Below are positions 19,261 through 27,946 of a DNA stretch of 64,000 bases, one piece after another; positions within the stretch are counted from its first letter, which is position 1; the number at the start of each line of letters is the position of its first letter. Below the pieces are notes generated by a model, which had not been told where the DNA came from, made no database searches, and saw nothing but the letters and a program-made list of their open reading frames with translations. This DNA comes from an uncultured Acidobacteriota bacterium (GTDB lineage Bacteria > Acidobacteriota > Terriglobia > Terriglobales > Acidobacteriaceae), in contig CAVUSR010000014.1 in NCBI GenBank assembly GCA_963744185.1, positions 1,524 through 65,523 of the forward strand. Reading direction: 5' to 3'. The translations under genes and the position numbers were made by a program.

Positions 19261-20331
19261 TCACGATGATTCTCCCGAAGCACTCTGCTGCGCATTGTCC
19301 AGCTGCGGCTCGCTCTCGCTGCGGGGAAGGGCGCCTTCCATCACAGGCAAGGTCAGCGCGGTCTTGACGGCACTCGCCGGCCCTGCCTCCATGCCCGCCT
19401 CCCGCATCATCCACTCAATGTCGAATGCTTCCTTGCGAATCCGCTGATCGTAGTAGACGAGCATCAGCGCGATCCCGCTCACTGGATTGGTGAAAGCCTG
19501 TGACGCAAACGAGGATCCGTAGAACAGAAACAGCATCAGGGCGCCCATCGTCTGCTGGTGCTGCGGCGTGTTTAGTTGCGGAACCAGGCTGAGTACGATA
19601 ATGACCGGCACCGTCAACACCAGCGAGACGATCCAACTCAGGGCCCCGCGCAACAGGTAGAGCACCAGGATCCGTCCACGCGTCCCCTTGCTGAGCGAGT
19701 TGGCGCGCTTGAGTGAGGCCCAGGCGCCGGACTGCTCCACCACCGAAGCGGAGAACGCCAGGCAGATCCGCAGCAGCATCCAGAAAAAGTACCCGACCAG
19801 TGCCACGCCCATAATCAACAGCACCGCGTTCGGACCACTATTAAAATCGCCGAATCCGCCCCCGGTCGCGCGCCTGCCCAGCGCTGCGAGCACAAACAGA
19901 ATCACGAAAATCAGGACCCACGCTGTGACCGGGATGACGGCCAGAAACAGGATCTCGATTGACAGAAGTCCGACATAGCGCCAACCTCGGCTCCATGCTG
20001 CCTGGTAAGCTCCGCGGATCGTGATCCGTTCGCCCAGAAATGCCTGGCTGGCCGCGTGGCTGAGGGCTCCGCTGCCCAGCGCTGTCAAAGCCACGCACAC
20101 CGGGACCGCCAGCATCACTAACCCCACCACCGCGAGCCCCAACACTGCTGCCATGGTCCGGTCTGTTGTGCCAATCCAGGCCGACAGTAAAAACACGCCG
20201 GCGGCAAACAGCAATATCCCGCCCGCTGGAACGGCCGCGATGCCCACGAACACCAGAAACCGCGACCGGTAAAGACTCGCGGTGCGGTCCAGAATCTCCC
20301 CGAGATTAGCTGGCCGCAACTCGGGATTCAT
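19261..20331 (-). CDS. polytopic membrane protein, paralogue 2
   Basis: The N-terminus LRPANLGEILDRTASLYRSRF and tail YYDQRIRKEAFDIEWMM are shared with paralogue 3. Its ATG overlaps the paralogue 3 stop (ATGA at 20328-20331). Confidence 0.75.
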   Translation of the reverse strand: MNPELRPANLGEILDRTASLYRSRFLVFVGIAAVPAGGILLFAAGVFLLSAWIGTTDRTMAAVLGLAVVGLVMLAVPVCVALTALGSGALSHAASQAFLGERITIRGAYQAAWSRGWRYVGLLSIEILFLAVIPVTAWVLIFVILFVLAALGRRATGGGFGDFNSGPNAVLLIMGVALVGYFFWMLLRICLAFSASVVEQSGAWASLKRANSLSKGTRGRILVLYLLRGALSWIVSLVLTVPVIIVLSLVPQLNTPQHQQTMGALMLFLFYGSSFASQAFTNPVSGIALMLVYYDQRIRKEAFDIEWMMREAGMEAGPASAVKTALTLPVMEGALPRSESEPQLDNAQQSASGESS

Positions 20332-21413
20332 GCGTTTTCCCCCGAATTCGATCCGTCCTGCGCAGCTTGCAACGCGTGCGTCTCAAGGTCCCCGCGCGTC
20401 TCCGTGCTGTTGTCAGCAATAGATACCGGCTCGGCGAGGTAGACCGGATTACTCGCCGGCGCGCCGCCCGCCAGCCCCGCCGCGGCCATCATCCACTCAA
20501 TGTCGTATCCCTCTTTGCGCACTCTCTGGTCGTAGTAGAAAAGCGTCGTGCCGGTTGCGAGAATGGGCCCTATAAATGAGTTGGTGAAGAAGGCCACGAT
20601 CTGCTGTGCGGCCTGCAAGCCCACGGGAATCTGGAAATGATGGCGAAGGGAGTAGGCCAAAAAAAACGACTGCGTCATGCCCATCACCAGGAACTCGATG
20701 ACCCAAACCAGCAGCCACAATACAAAGATCCGGCCGCGCGCGCCCCTGCTCAATGAAATACTCCGTTTGATCGCCGCGCGCACCTTCAGGTTCTCCACCA
20801 CGCTGGCGGGCAGCGCCAGTGCGTAACGCAGCGACATCCATATCGCGTAAATCCCTATGGGCCAGATCAGCACTCCAAAGGCAAGCGCGATCGCGACGAA
20901 GACGAGACTCTCGGGATTCGGTGCCGCGCCCGGTTGTGGCATCTCTCCGGGACGCGGCAGCACCCCTTTGAGCTGAAAATGGATGGAACTCGCCTGGAAA
21001 GCCCCGTAGATGAGAATCACGGGCGTCCAGGCCAACGCCAGTTTCAGCGCTCCTAACCCGAGATAGCGGCCAGTGTTGGGCAGAATGCTGCGGTAGGCGC
21101 CTCGGATCGTCGCCGGCTCGCCCAGGTGGACCCAGGCCACGGCGCGATTGTTGGCGGCAGCCGATACGTTGCCCACAATGAGCATGACAATCACACTGGC
21201 CCACGTAACAATCTGCCGCACCCACGACAGGGGCGCCAGGAATTCTCCCCCTCTGACTGCGTCCAGCATTCCCAGGCTCGCCAGGTTGAGCGCCAGGGTT
21301 ACGCCGGAGTTGACCGACGCGATTCCCGCAAACAGAAGGAAGTTTGTGCGGTAAAGCTGCGCGGTTCGGTCCAGAATCTCCCCCAGAGTCAGGGGGCGCA
21401 GGTTCGTTTCCAT
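20328..21413 (-). CDS. polytopic membrane protein, paralogue 3
   Basis: Start taken at ATG 21413 (METNLRPLTLGEILDRTAQLYRTNF). The tail is YYDQRVRKEGYDIEWMM. The track ORF extends to 21554 but adds no conserved sequence. Confidence 0.75.
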   Translation of the reverse strand: METNLRPLTLGEILDRTAQLYRTNFLLFAGIASVNSGVTLALNLASLGMLDAVRGGEFLAPLSWVRQIVTWASVIVMLIVGNVSAAANNRAVAWVHLGEPATIRGAYRSILPNTGRYLGLGALKLALAWTPVILIYGAFQASSIHFQLKGVLPRPGEMPQPGAAPNPESLVFVAIALAFGVLIWPIGIYAIWMSLRYALALPASVVENLKVRAAIKRSISLSRGARGRIFVLWLLVWVIEFLVMGMTQSFFLAYSLRHHFQIPVGLQAAQQIVAFFTNSFIGPILATGTTLFYYDQRVRKEGYDIEWMMAAAGLAGGAPASNPVYLAEPVSIADNSTETRGDLETHALQAAQDGSNSGENA

Positions 21414-21817
21414 GGCGGGTGCTCCGGCGGCTGGCGTGTGCGCTTGCCGGGATACTAGCACAGCCTCGGATCGCAAGCGTTGCTCTCCCATGCAGGCCCC
21501 GGCGAGTCGTTCGGCAGCAAAAGGCGCGCCACAATCTCGCGCGTTTTGCAGCAACTCGCGTATCGGAGAAAGCCGGCCTACCCGTCAAACCGTCTCGCCT
21601 ACAGGAAATTTGGACTCCCAAATTTTCCGCTGCACGTATTTTTTACGTGGTGAACACGGCATTCGTAGGGGCTAAGTTTATTCCCATCAATTACTTATGG
21701 TTTGGAACTCGACGTGCCATTAACAAGGTCAAGAGCGAGCTAGAGCGGTTCGGCGTAGACGGACGCCCCAGGCGGCGACGCACTCCGGGCCGCAGCCACT
21801 CGGAGGAACACTAGATT

Positions 21818-22213
21818 ATGAAGGCGCTTTATAAACGCTGGTTGATCATGGGCCTTACCTTGTCGATTTTCGGCCTGGCACGGTTGAGGAGAGCCCTGGA
21901 ATCCCAGCTTGACAGCGAACTGGAAGGCATCCTCGACGAATCAGGGGCCCTGGCTGGCAAAAAAATCAGCAGGGAAGGAAAGTCAGCGCCCGTCGTCCCT
22001 ATGCCGGGATCGGCGACTACCGTTACCTTCAGCGGCACCGTCATCCGCAATGGCACTCGCTTCGCCCTTCGCGAAACCGGCGGAGTGCTCTATACCCTGG
22101 ATTCCACCGGCCGCGCCTGGCCGTTTGAGGGTGAGGACGTGCGTGTCACCGGTAAGCTTGACACCTCAACCCGGATGCTGCACGTCGACGAAATCACATC
22201 CATGGCGTCGTAA
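21818..22213 (+). CDS. small secreted or membrane-anchored hypothetical protein
   Basis: 131 aa with an N-terminal hydrophobic segment (WLIMGLTLSIFGLA) and a beta-rich C-terminus (VTFSGTVIRNGTRFALRETGGVLYTLD...VRVTGKLD). I cannot assign a family with confidence. Confidence 0.55.
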   Translation: MKALYKRWLIMGLTLSIFGLARLRRALESQLDSELEGILDESGALAGKKISREGKSAPVVPMPGSATTVTFSGTVIRNGTRFALRETGGVLYTLDSTGRAWPFEGEDVRVTGKLDTSTRMLHVDEITSMAS

Positions 22214-22247
22214 CCCGGCCATTCTTCGCGCGGGCCATCGAGCTCAT

Positions 22248-23141
22248 TCATTGCAGCTTCTGAATCTTGGTCTCCGCCGGGAGATGCAACTCGAAGGTCT
22301 CGTCCTTCAATTCCAAGTCCTCCGTCACCTTCTCCACGGTCAAGACCAGTTGCAACTCCTCCAACGGGCGTTTGATCGTAATGGTCGACGGGTATTTATG
22401 GTCGCCGTAGTCCGCGTACCGGCCATAAATCACCACCGTCGCGAGGTTGCCGTCTTCGTCGTACAAATCCTGCTGGTACGGAAGCAGGTCGTCCCGATGA
22501 AAGTGGATCACCCGTACCGGCGCCAGTTCCTGGCTGCTGCCCTTGCGGTGCACGACGTTGAGCAAGTACTCCGAAATCACGTAAAGATGCTTCTTGGCCG
22601 CGTCTTCCACGGTGTCGGTATCTGTCGTTCTGTAAAACTCGTCGCCCGGTGAAAGTCCGCGGATCACCATCGAGTCAAAGAAGAACCCCGGCCGCAGGTT
22701 CTCCAACTGGTTCGCCGACTTGGTCTTGCTTTCCGTGACTGGACCTTCGATCGCTTTGTTGTTCTGCGGAATCCAGAGCGTGAAGTTTTTGCCGTCGGAG
22801 ACCATGTCGAGCAGCCGGGTTCGTACTACCGGGACCTGCCCCAGTACCCGCAACATCTCCGGCTTGCGGATCAGAATGTGACCCGGAATGCTGGGGTAGT
22901 CGCTCGCCTCTCCCTGTTTCGCTTTGGTGACCGTGGCCTGGATGTCGACTGTCACGCTCAGGGAGTTCAGATCGTCCCACTGCTTGTTCATCCGGGCCAC
23001 CAGCTCTGAGGCCGGCACCGTTTGCACCACCGCCGGCGCGATTGGGACCGGCAACTTCCGGTGGGTGGTAAGAAAGCACCCCGACAGCAGGAGCAACGGC
23101 GCCGCCAGCAGGGAACCTGCGCCCCGCTTGAATCCGTTCAC
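22248..23141 (-). CDS. putative lipoprotein
   Basis: 297 aa with a signal peptide ending in the lipobox LLSGC. Its start overlaps the mltG stop by 4 nt. Confidence 0.65.
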   Translation of the reverse strand: MNGFKRGAGSLLAAPLLLLSGCFLTTHRKLPVPIAPAVVQTVPASELVARMNKQWDDLNSLSVTVDIQATVTKAKQGEASDYPSIPGHILIRKPEMLRVLGQVPVVRTRLLDMVSDGKNFTLWIPQNNKAIEGPVTESKTKSANQLENLRPGFFFDSMVIRGLSPGDEFYRTTDTDTVEDAAKKHLYVISEYLLNVVHRKGSSQELAPVRVIHFHRDDLLPYQQDLYDEDGNLATVVIYGRYADYGDHKYPSTITIKRPLEELQLVLTVEKVTEDLELKDETFELHLPAETKIQKLQ

Positions 23142-24181
23142 CGCGCACCCGCTTTCTTCATCGCTTCCCGGTATTCGGCTACGTTGCGGTTATGCTGCTC
23201 CAGCGTCGAGGCAAATACCGATTTGCCCTGCGGGTTCTGGCTCGCGGCCACAAAGTAAAGGTAGTCCGTCTGTGCCGGCGACATCGCTGCCTGCAGCGAC
23301 TTCATCCCCGGATTGGCAATCGGTCCCGGAGGCATTCCCGCGTGCATGTAGGTGTTATAGGGCGTGTCCCGCTGCAGATCGCTCGCGTAGATGGCTCCCC
23401 GCCATTGTTTCGTGACCTGCAGCCCGTAGATCACCGACGGGTCGGTCATGAGCGGCATATCTTTTTCCATCCGGTTTTGAAACACGCTCGCCACCAGGGG
23501 CCGCTCTCCCTCAATTGCCGTTTCTCGCTCCACGAGCGAAGCCATCGTGACCACGTTGTGCACGTCGTGGTTCAAACCCAGTTGCAGTGCCGCCTGCCGG
23601 AACCGCTTGACCATCGTCGCCGCAATCTGCGGCATGTCCTGCTTCGGCCCAATGCGATAGGTGTCCGGAAATAGATACCCCTCCAGAGTCTTCGCCTGCG
23701 GATCGATGTCGGAGATCAATCCCGCTTCCTGTCGCGCTGTGTTCAAAAACGCCTGGCTCGGTCCAAAACCCGCGTCCTCCAGGCGCTTGGCGATGTCGAA
23801 CATGTTCGCGCCTTCGGGAATCGTCACTTCGATCGTGTAGGTATCCCCGCGCCGGATCCGGTCGTACACCTCACTCACCGGAGCCGGATGATCGAAACGG
23901 TAGTCGCCCGCTTTCAGCGTCCCGTGCTCAATCCAGCGCATGGCGTCAAATGCATATTGACTGCGCACCACGCCGGCTTCCTGCAGCTGCCTCCCGATCC
24001 GCACCGTTGAGGAGCCGGGCAGAATCTCGATGAATGTCTGCTGCGATGGCCCAAAGGGGGCTAGCATGACAAACGCAGCCGCGCCGCCCGCGCCCAGCAG
24101 CACCAGCAGTAGTACTGCTGTAAGAGTGCGCCCCCAGCTCGAGCCGCGGTTCCTTCCTTGTATGCCTCTGCGGCTCGCCAT
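23138..24181 (-). CDS. mltG: endolytic murein transglycosylase MltG (YceG family)
   Basis: N-terminal TM anchor plus the YceG core (LVERETAIEGERPLVASVFQNRMEKDMPLMTDPSVIYG...YNTYMHAGMPPGPIANPG). Confidence 0.9.
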   Translation of the reverse strand: MASRRGIQGRNRGSSWGRTLTAVLLLVLLGAGGAAAFVMLAPFGPSQQTFIEILPGSSTVRIGRQLQEAGVVRSQYAFDAMRWIEHGTLKAGDYRFDHPAPVSEVYDRIRRGDTYTIEVTIPEGANMFDIAKRLEDAGFGPSQAFLNTARQEAGLISDIDPQAKTLEGYLFPDTYRIGPKQDMPQIAATMVKRFRQAALQLGLNHDVHNVVTMASLVERETAIEGERPLVASVFQNRMEKDMPLMTDPSVIYGLQVTKQWRGAIYASDLQRDTPYNTYMHAGMPPGPIANPGMKSLQAAMSPAQTDYLYFVAASQNPQGKSVFASTLEQHNRNVAEYREAMKKAGAR

Positions 24182-24340
24182 CCTGTTGCCGTTTTCCTCC
24201 GTGCTTCATTAAGAGACGCGAAAGTCCCCTTCGGGATTCCTCTACCTCAAAGATTGTAACGGGATAACCACCTTGCGACCGGCTCTGTGGCGCGCCTGTA
24301 TCCTGTGGGCAGACTCCGTTTCCTGAGGAGAAGGAGCCGA

Positions 24341-24826
24341 ATGCCGGAATCGTCGCCGCCGGAATCCGCGCCGCCGCGAAATCTCGTCCCCCGCTTTCTC
24401 GCCCTCGATGTCGGCGTCAAGCGCATCGGGATTGCCGTCTCCGACGAACTGGGCCTCACCGCCCAGCCGGTCCTCACCCTCACCGTGCATCGCAACCGCC
24501 GCGACGACTTGCGTTCCATTGCCCGCCTCGCCCGCCGTTTCGCCGTCGCCGGCATCGTCGTCGGCAATCCGCTTCATCTCTCCGGCGAACCCGGCCCCCG
24601 CGCCATCAAGACGCAGCAATTTGCGGCCGAACTCGGTGCAGTCACCGGTCTCCCTATTCACCTCTGGGACGAGCGCCTCACGACCCGCGAAGCCCACCAG
24701 ATCCTTTACGAGGCTGGCCGCCGCCGTCAGGACCACGAACCGGTGGTCGATCAAGTCGCGGCTACCCTCATCCTCCAGTCCTTCCTCGACGACCGCCTCC
24801 AGCCGCCGTCGTTCGTTAGCCCATGA
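24341..24826 (+). CDS. ruvX: Holliday junction resolvase-like nuclease RuvX/YqgF
   Basis: RFLALDVGVKRIGIAVSD..., ...IVVGNPLHLSGEPG... and ...DERLTTREA are YqgF motifs. ATG 24341 is preceded by GAGGAGAAGGAG. Confidence 0.85.
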   Translation: MPESSPPESAPPRNLVPRFLALDVGVKRIGIAVSDELGLTAQPVLTLTVHRNRRDDLRSIARLARRFAVAGIVVGNPLHLSGEPGPRAIKTQQFAAELGAVTGLPIHLWDERLTTREAHQILYEAGRRRQDHEPVVDQVAATLILQSFLDDRLQPPSFVSP

Positions 24827-24930
24827 GCCCCTCGACCTGCCGCCCCCTCCCCCCGCGTATAATCAAAGTTCAAGCGGTCTTTACCCTCTACGCGGAACCG
24901 AGCACTCGCGCTCCCCGCCACGGACAATGG

Positions 24931-25455
24931 ATGCCCGAACACATTAAAAGCCAGCTGCAGAAGGAAATTGCAGCCATGGAGCACGAACTCGCCCACGAAT
25001 TGCCCGCCGAGATCAAGAAGGCCGTGGCCCTGGGCGACCTGTCTGAAAACGCCGAATACCACATGGCCAAACAGCGCCAGGAGTTTGTGAACGCGCGCCT
25101 GGGCCAGCTCAAGCGCCGCATGGCCGAACTCTCCCTGGTGAATCTCGCCAACATTCCCCGCGACAAGGCCGGTTTCGGTTCCACGATCGTTGTCTACGAC
25201 TCCAGCAAAGACGAAGAGATCGTCTATAAGCTGGTCACCAGCGAGGAATCGGACGTAAGCAAGGGACTCATCTCCACCACATCGCCCATCGGTCGTGGAC
25301 TCGTTGGCAAGCGCGTCGGCGATGTGGCCACCATCGTCACGCCCAACGGCAAACGCGAACTGGAAGTGCTCAAGCTCAGCACCATCCACGACGAAGCCGA
25401 AGCCAACGGCGAGACCGAATCAGCCGGAACCGATAGCACCAGCGCCGGCCAGTAG
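24931..25455 (+). CDS. greA: transcription elongation factor GreA
   Basis: GDLSENAEYHMAKQRQEFVNARLGQLKRRM and ISTTSPIGRGLVGKRVGD are GreA signatures. Start taken at ATG 24931 inside track ORF 24823..25455. Confidence 0.9.
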   Translation: MPEHIKSQLQKEIAAMEHELAHELPAEIKKAVALGDLSENAEYHMAKQRQEFVNARLGQLKRRMAELSLVNLANIPRDKAGFGSTIVVYDSSKDEEIVYKLVTSEESDVSKGLISTTSPIGRGLVGKRVGDVATIVTPNGKRELEVLKLSTIHDEAEANGETESAGTDSTSAGQ

Positions 25456-25475
25456 TCGCAGTGAGGAACGAAGGA

Positions 25476-26222
25476 ATGACCTGGACCGGTGGGTTTGGCC
25501 GCGCCTGCGGCTGGCTTCTTGATCGAATTGTTCACGGCCTGGCGCTGACCCGCATCTCTCCCAACGCCCTCACTTTCATCGGCCTCATCATCAACATCAT
25601 CGCAGCGTTCTTCTTCGGCCACGCCAACGCCACCAACGCCGGCCGCATGTTCGCTTACGCCGGCCTGGTCATCATCGGCGCCGGCATCTTCGACATGGTC
25701 GATGGCCGCGTGGCCCGCCGCACCAACCAGGTCACCGTCTTCGGGGCGTTCTTCGATTCGGTGATCGACCGCTACTCCGACGTGGTTCTCTTCTTCGGGC
25801 TTCTCGTCTACTACGCGCGCTCCAATCATTTGCGCTACGTCGTGCTGACCGCCTTCGTCATGGTCACCTCGCTCATGGTCAGCTACACGCGCGCCCGCGC
25901 CGAGGCCCTCATTGGCTCCTGCAAGGTGGGTTTCATGGAGCGTCCCGAGCGCATTGTGCTCGTCATCCTCGGGGCTCTCTTCAATCATTGGGGTGTCATG
26001 GCGCCGGTGCTCTGGGTGCTGGCGGTGCTCTCCACCATGACGGTGATCCATCGCATCCAGTACACCTACGAAAAGACCAAGCACTTCGCCCCGGTTAGCG
26101 ACGTCAAGGACTTTGCGCCGGTCACGCGGCCTGCCCCTGAGCCTCTGGCCAACCCACTCCCGCGCCCCGCCGCCCCGCTCCCCGAGCCGGTATCCTCTTC
26201 AGCAATTCACCATCATCACTGA
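25476..26222 (+). CDS. CDP-alcohol phosphatidyltransferase family protein
   Basis: Signature DMVDGRVARRTNQVTVFGAFFDSVIDRYSD (D-x2-DG-x2-AR...G-x3-D-x3-D) in a polytopic membrane protein. Confidence 0.8.
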   Translation: MTWTGGFGRACGWLLDRIVHGLALTRISPNALTFIGLIINIIAAFFFGHANATNAGRMFAYAGLVIIGAGIFDMVDGRVARRTNQVTVFGAFFDSVIDRYSDVVLFFGLLVYYARSNHLRYVVLTAFVMVTSLMVSYTRARAEALIGSCKVGFMERPERIVLVILGALFNHWGVMAPVLWVLAVLSTMTVIHRIQYTYEKTKHFAPVSDVKDFAPVTRPAPEPLANPLPRPAAPLPEPVSSSAIHHHH

Positions 26223-26714
26223 GCAGCCTTCCCGCACCGGTTTCCACTGCACCAGGAAGCGTGTCACCGCGGAGGATTCCATCCGCCGCATCGGCGCAAA
26301 GTCGCCTGACCGCTGGCTGTAGAGCAGCTTCCCGGTGTCGCTCAGAACCGCCAGCGCCGGCACCCCGCGCTCCAGCGGGATCCCGTACCTCGCTGCCAGG
26401 TCAAGATTCGCGTCGTACTGGCCAACGTTCACGTGCACCAGCACATAGTTCTTTTCCAGAAGCGGCAGGTTTTCGGTGTTGTGGAAATAGATGTCCAGCA
26501 CCTGACAATCTCCACACCAGTTTCCGCCAAAGTCCAGTAGAATTCGCCGATGCGTCTGTGCCGCCGTCTTCAGCGCGGCGGCAAGCTCCGTCTTCGCCTG
26601 GGCAGGATCGGGATAAATATCGCGGGAGGCCGGGCGGGATATCGCGGCGGCCGTCAACAGCAGCGCCGTCATTGTCAACAAGCGTAACGGTTTCACGGGA
26701 AACAAACCTCTCAA
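26199..26714 (-). CDS. secreted thioredoxin-fold protein (CxxC)
   Basis: Signal-like N-terminus and the redox motif FGGNWCGDCQ. It makes a 24-nt convergent overlap with the preceding gene. Confidence 0.75.
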   Translation of the reverse strand: MRGLFPVKPLRLLTMTALLLTAAAISRPASRDIYPDPAQAKTELAAALKTAAQTHRRILLDFGGNWCGDCQVLDIYFHNTENLPLLEKNYVLVHVNVGQYDANLDLAARYGIPLERGVPALAVLSDTGKLLYSQRSGDFAPMRRMESSAVTRFLVQWKPVREGCSVMMVNC

Positions 26715-26792
26715 TCTACGATTTTAGTCTGACGCAAGCCCCGGCTCCCGCCGTGTTTTCCTGAGGCACACCAGCCTATACTTGGAACAATT

Positions 26793-27230
26793 ATGAGCGA
26801 CGTGCGCAAAAGGCTCGAGTCCGCCGCCTTCCCTGATCTCGGGGCAATGATGGAGGGTTACGCCCACGGCGCGGTCGAGACCGCACATCGCGACTTCCGG
26901 CAGAATCTCGACAACTCCCCAGATTCTGTCGACATCCTCGATGAGATTCTCGTCATGGTCGGCGAAAGCCCCGAGCGCGACCTGGACTACGAGGTTCGCC
27001 TCTGGGGCAGCTACCTCGGCGAGATCATTCGCGTGCGCTACGCCGGCAGCTGGGAGATGACCCAGTATCCCGGCGGCACCGTCGCCGTGCCTGCTGTCAA
27101 CGTGCGCGGCTCGCGCCTCTTCCCTCTTATGAAGGTGTATCGCCGTCTCACCGCCGGCGAGGAGGAAGACCTGCGCAGCTTCTACAACATGGTCACTGAA
27201 CGCCTTGGCAAGCCAGCCCAGGTGAACTAA
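26793..27230 (+). CDS. hypothetical protein
   Basis: 145-aa ORF with protein-like composition. The 246-aa antisense ORF 26724..27464 looks like its shadow. Confidence 0.5.
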   Translation: MSDVRKRLESAAFPDLGAMMEGYAHGAVETAHRDFRQNLDNSPDSVDILDEILVMVGESPERDLDYEVRLWGSYLGEIIRVRYAGSWEMTQYPGGTVAVPAVNVRGSRLFPLMKVYRRLTAGEEEDLRSFYNMVTERLGKPAQVN

Positions 27231-27506
27231 AAGCCAGGGCCAAAAGCTTGTCCGCTGTCGTCTCCAATCCGAATTGAGCTCGGCCCGCGTACCAACCTTG
27301 AGCACTTCGCAGAGTCTGATTGCGGTGTGAGCTGTCTCACATTCAGTCAGCGCGCACGATGCGAAGATGGGTACCTGAAAACAATCACGAGGATGCCGAA
27401 GATCGGTTGATCGCCGACCCCTGATCGCCGTTCGCCGTCCTTGTGCGACAATAAGAGTGTTCAAGTGAGCGCGTCCCGCCTGCCGGGTCGCGCGGAGGAT
27501 GATGCA

Positions 27507-27737
27507 ATGGGTGATTTTCTACAACCATGGCACTTGATTGTGCTCGCCGTCGTGGCGTTTCTGCTGTTCGGCGCCAAGCGGCTGCCGGAGCTTGGCAAGG
27601 GCTTGGGTGAAGGTCTAAAGGGTTTCAAAGAGGGCATTCGCGGCGTGACCGACCCGGCTCCTCCCCCGACGACCACGCAGCAGAGCGCCCCCTCTGCACC
27701 TCCCGTCTCCAACCCCGCCGAGCCTAAGCAGTCGTAA
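27507..27737 (+). CDS. tatA: twin-arginine translocase subunit TatA/E
   Basis: MGDFLQPWHLIVLAVVAFLLFGAKRLPELGKGLGEGLKGFKEG is the canonical TatA TM plus amphipathic helix. GGAGGA lies upstream of ATG 27507. Confidence 0.9.
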   Translation: MGDFLQPWHLIVLAVVAFLLFGAKRLPELGKGLGEGLKGFKEGIRGVTDPAPPPTTTQQSAPSAPPVSNPAEPKQS

Positions 27738-27789
27738 GGGGTTGATCGAACCGGCGGCGGCCAGGCACGTGCCTGAGTCGCAAAACATC

Positions 27790-27823
27790 AGGACCTGTGC
27801 ACCCGCACAGGTCCTTTGTGTTT
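27790..27823 (+). terminator. rho-independent terminator after tatA
   Basis: Stem AGGACCTGTGC (27790-27800) / GCACAGGTCCT (27805-27815) with loop ACCC, followed by TTTGTGTTT. Confidence 0.7.
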
Positions 27824-27946
27824 CCAACATGTCATTTGGCTCGGTGACCCACCTTCGGCCGGGTGCCCCCACCCTCGGCGCGTCTTTGTTTTTGCGCTCA
27901 CGGGGGAGACCAGTTAGGTCCCCCACTGGCTGCTCAGCCCAACTGC

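Noticed and set aside
21633-21649. Palindrome CACGTA-TTTTT-TACGTG in the divergent control region upstream of the membrane-paralogue operon as an operator.
   Set aside because: It is a single short inverted repeat with no second copy and no identifiable cognate regulator in the window. It is noted but not strong enough to call a regulatory site.
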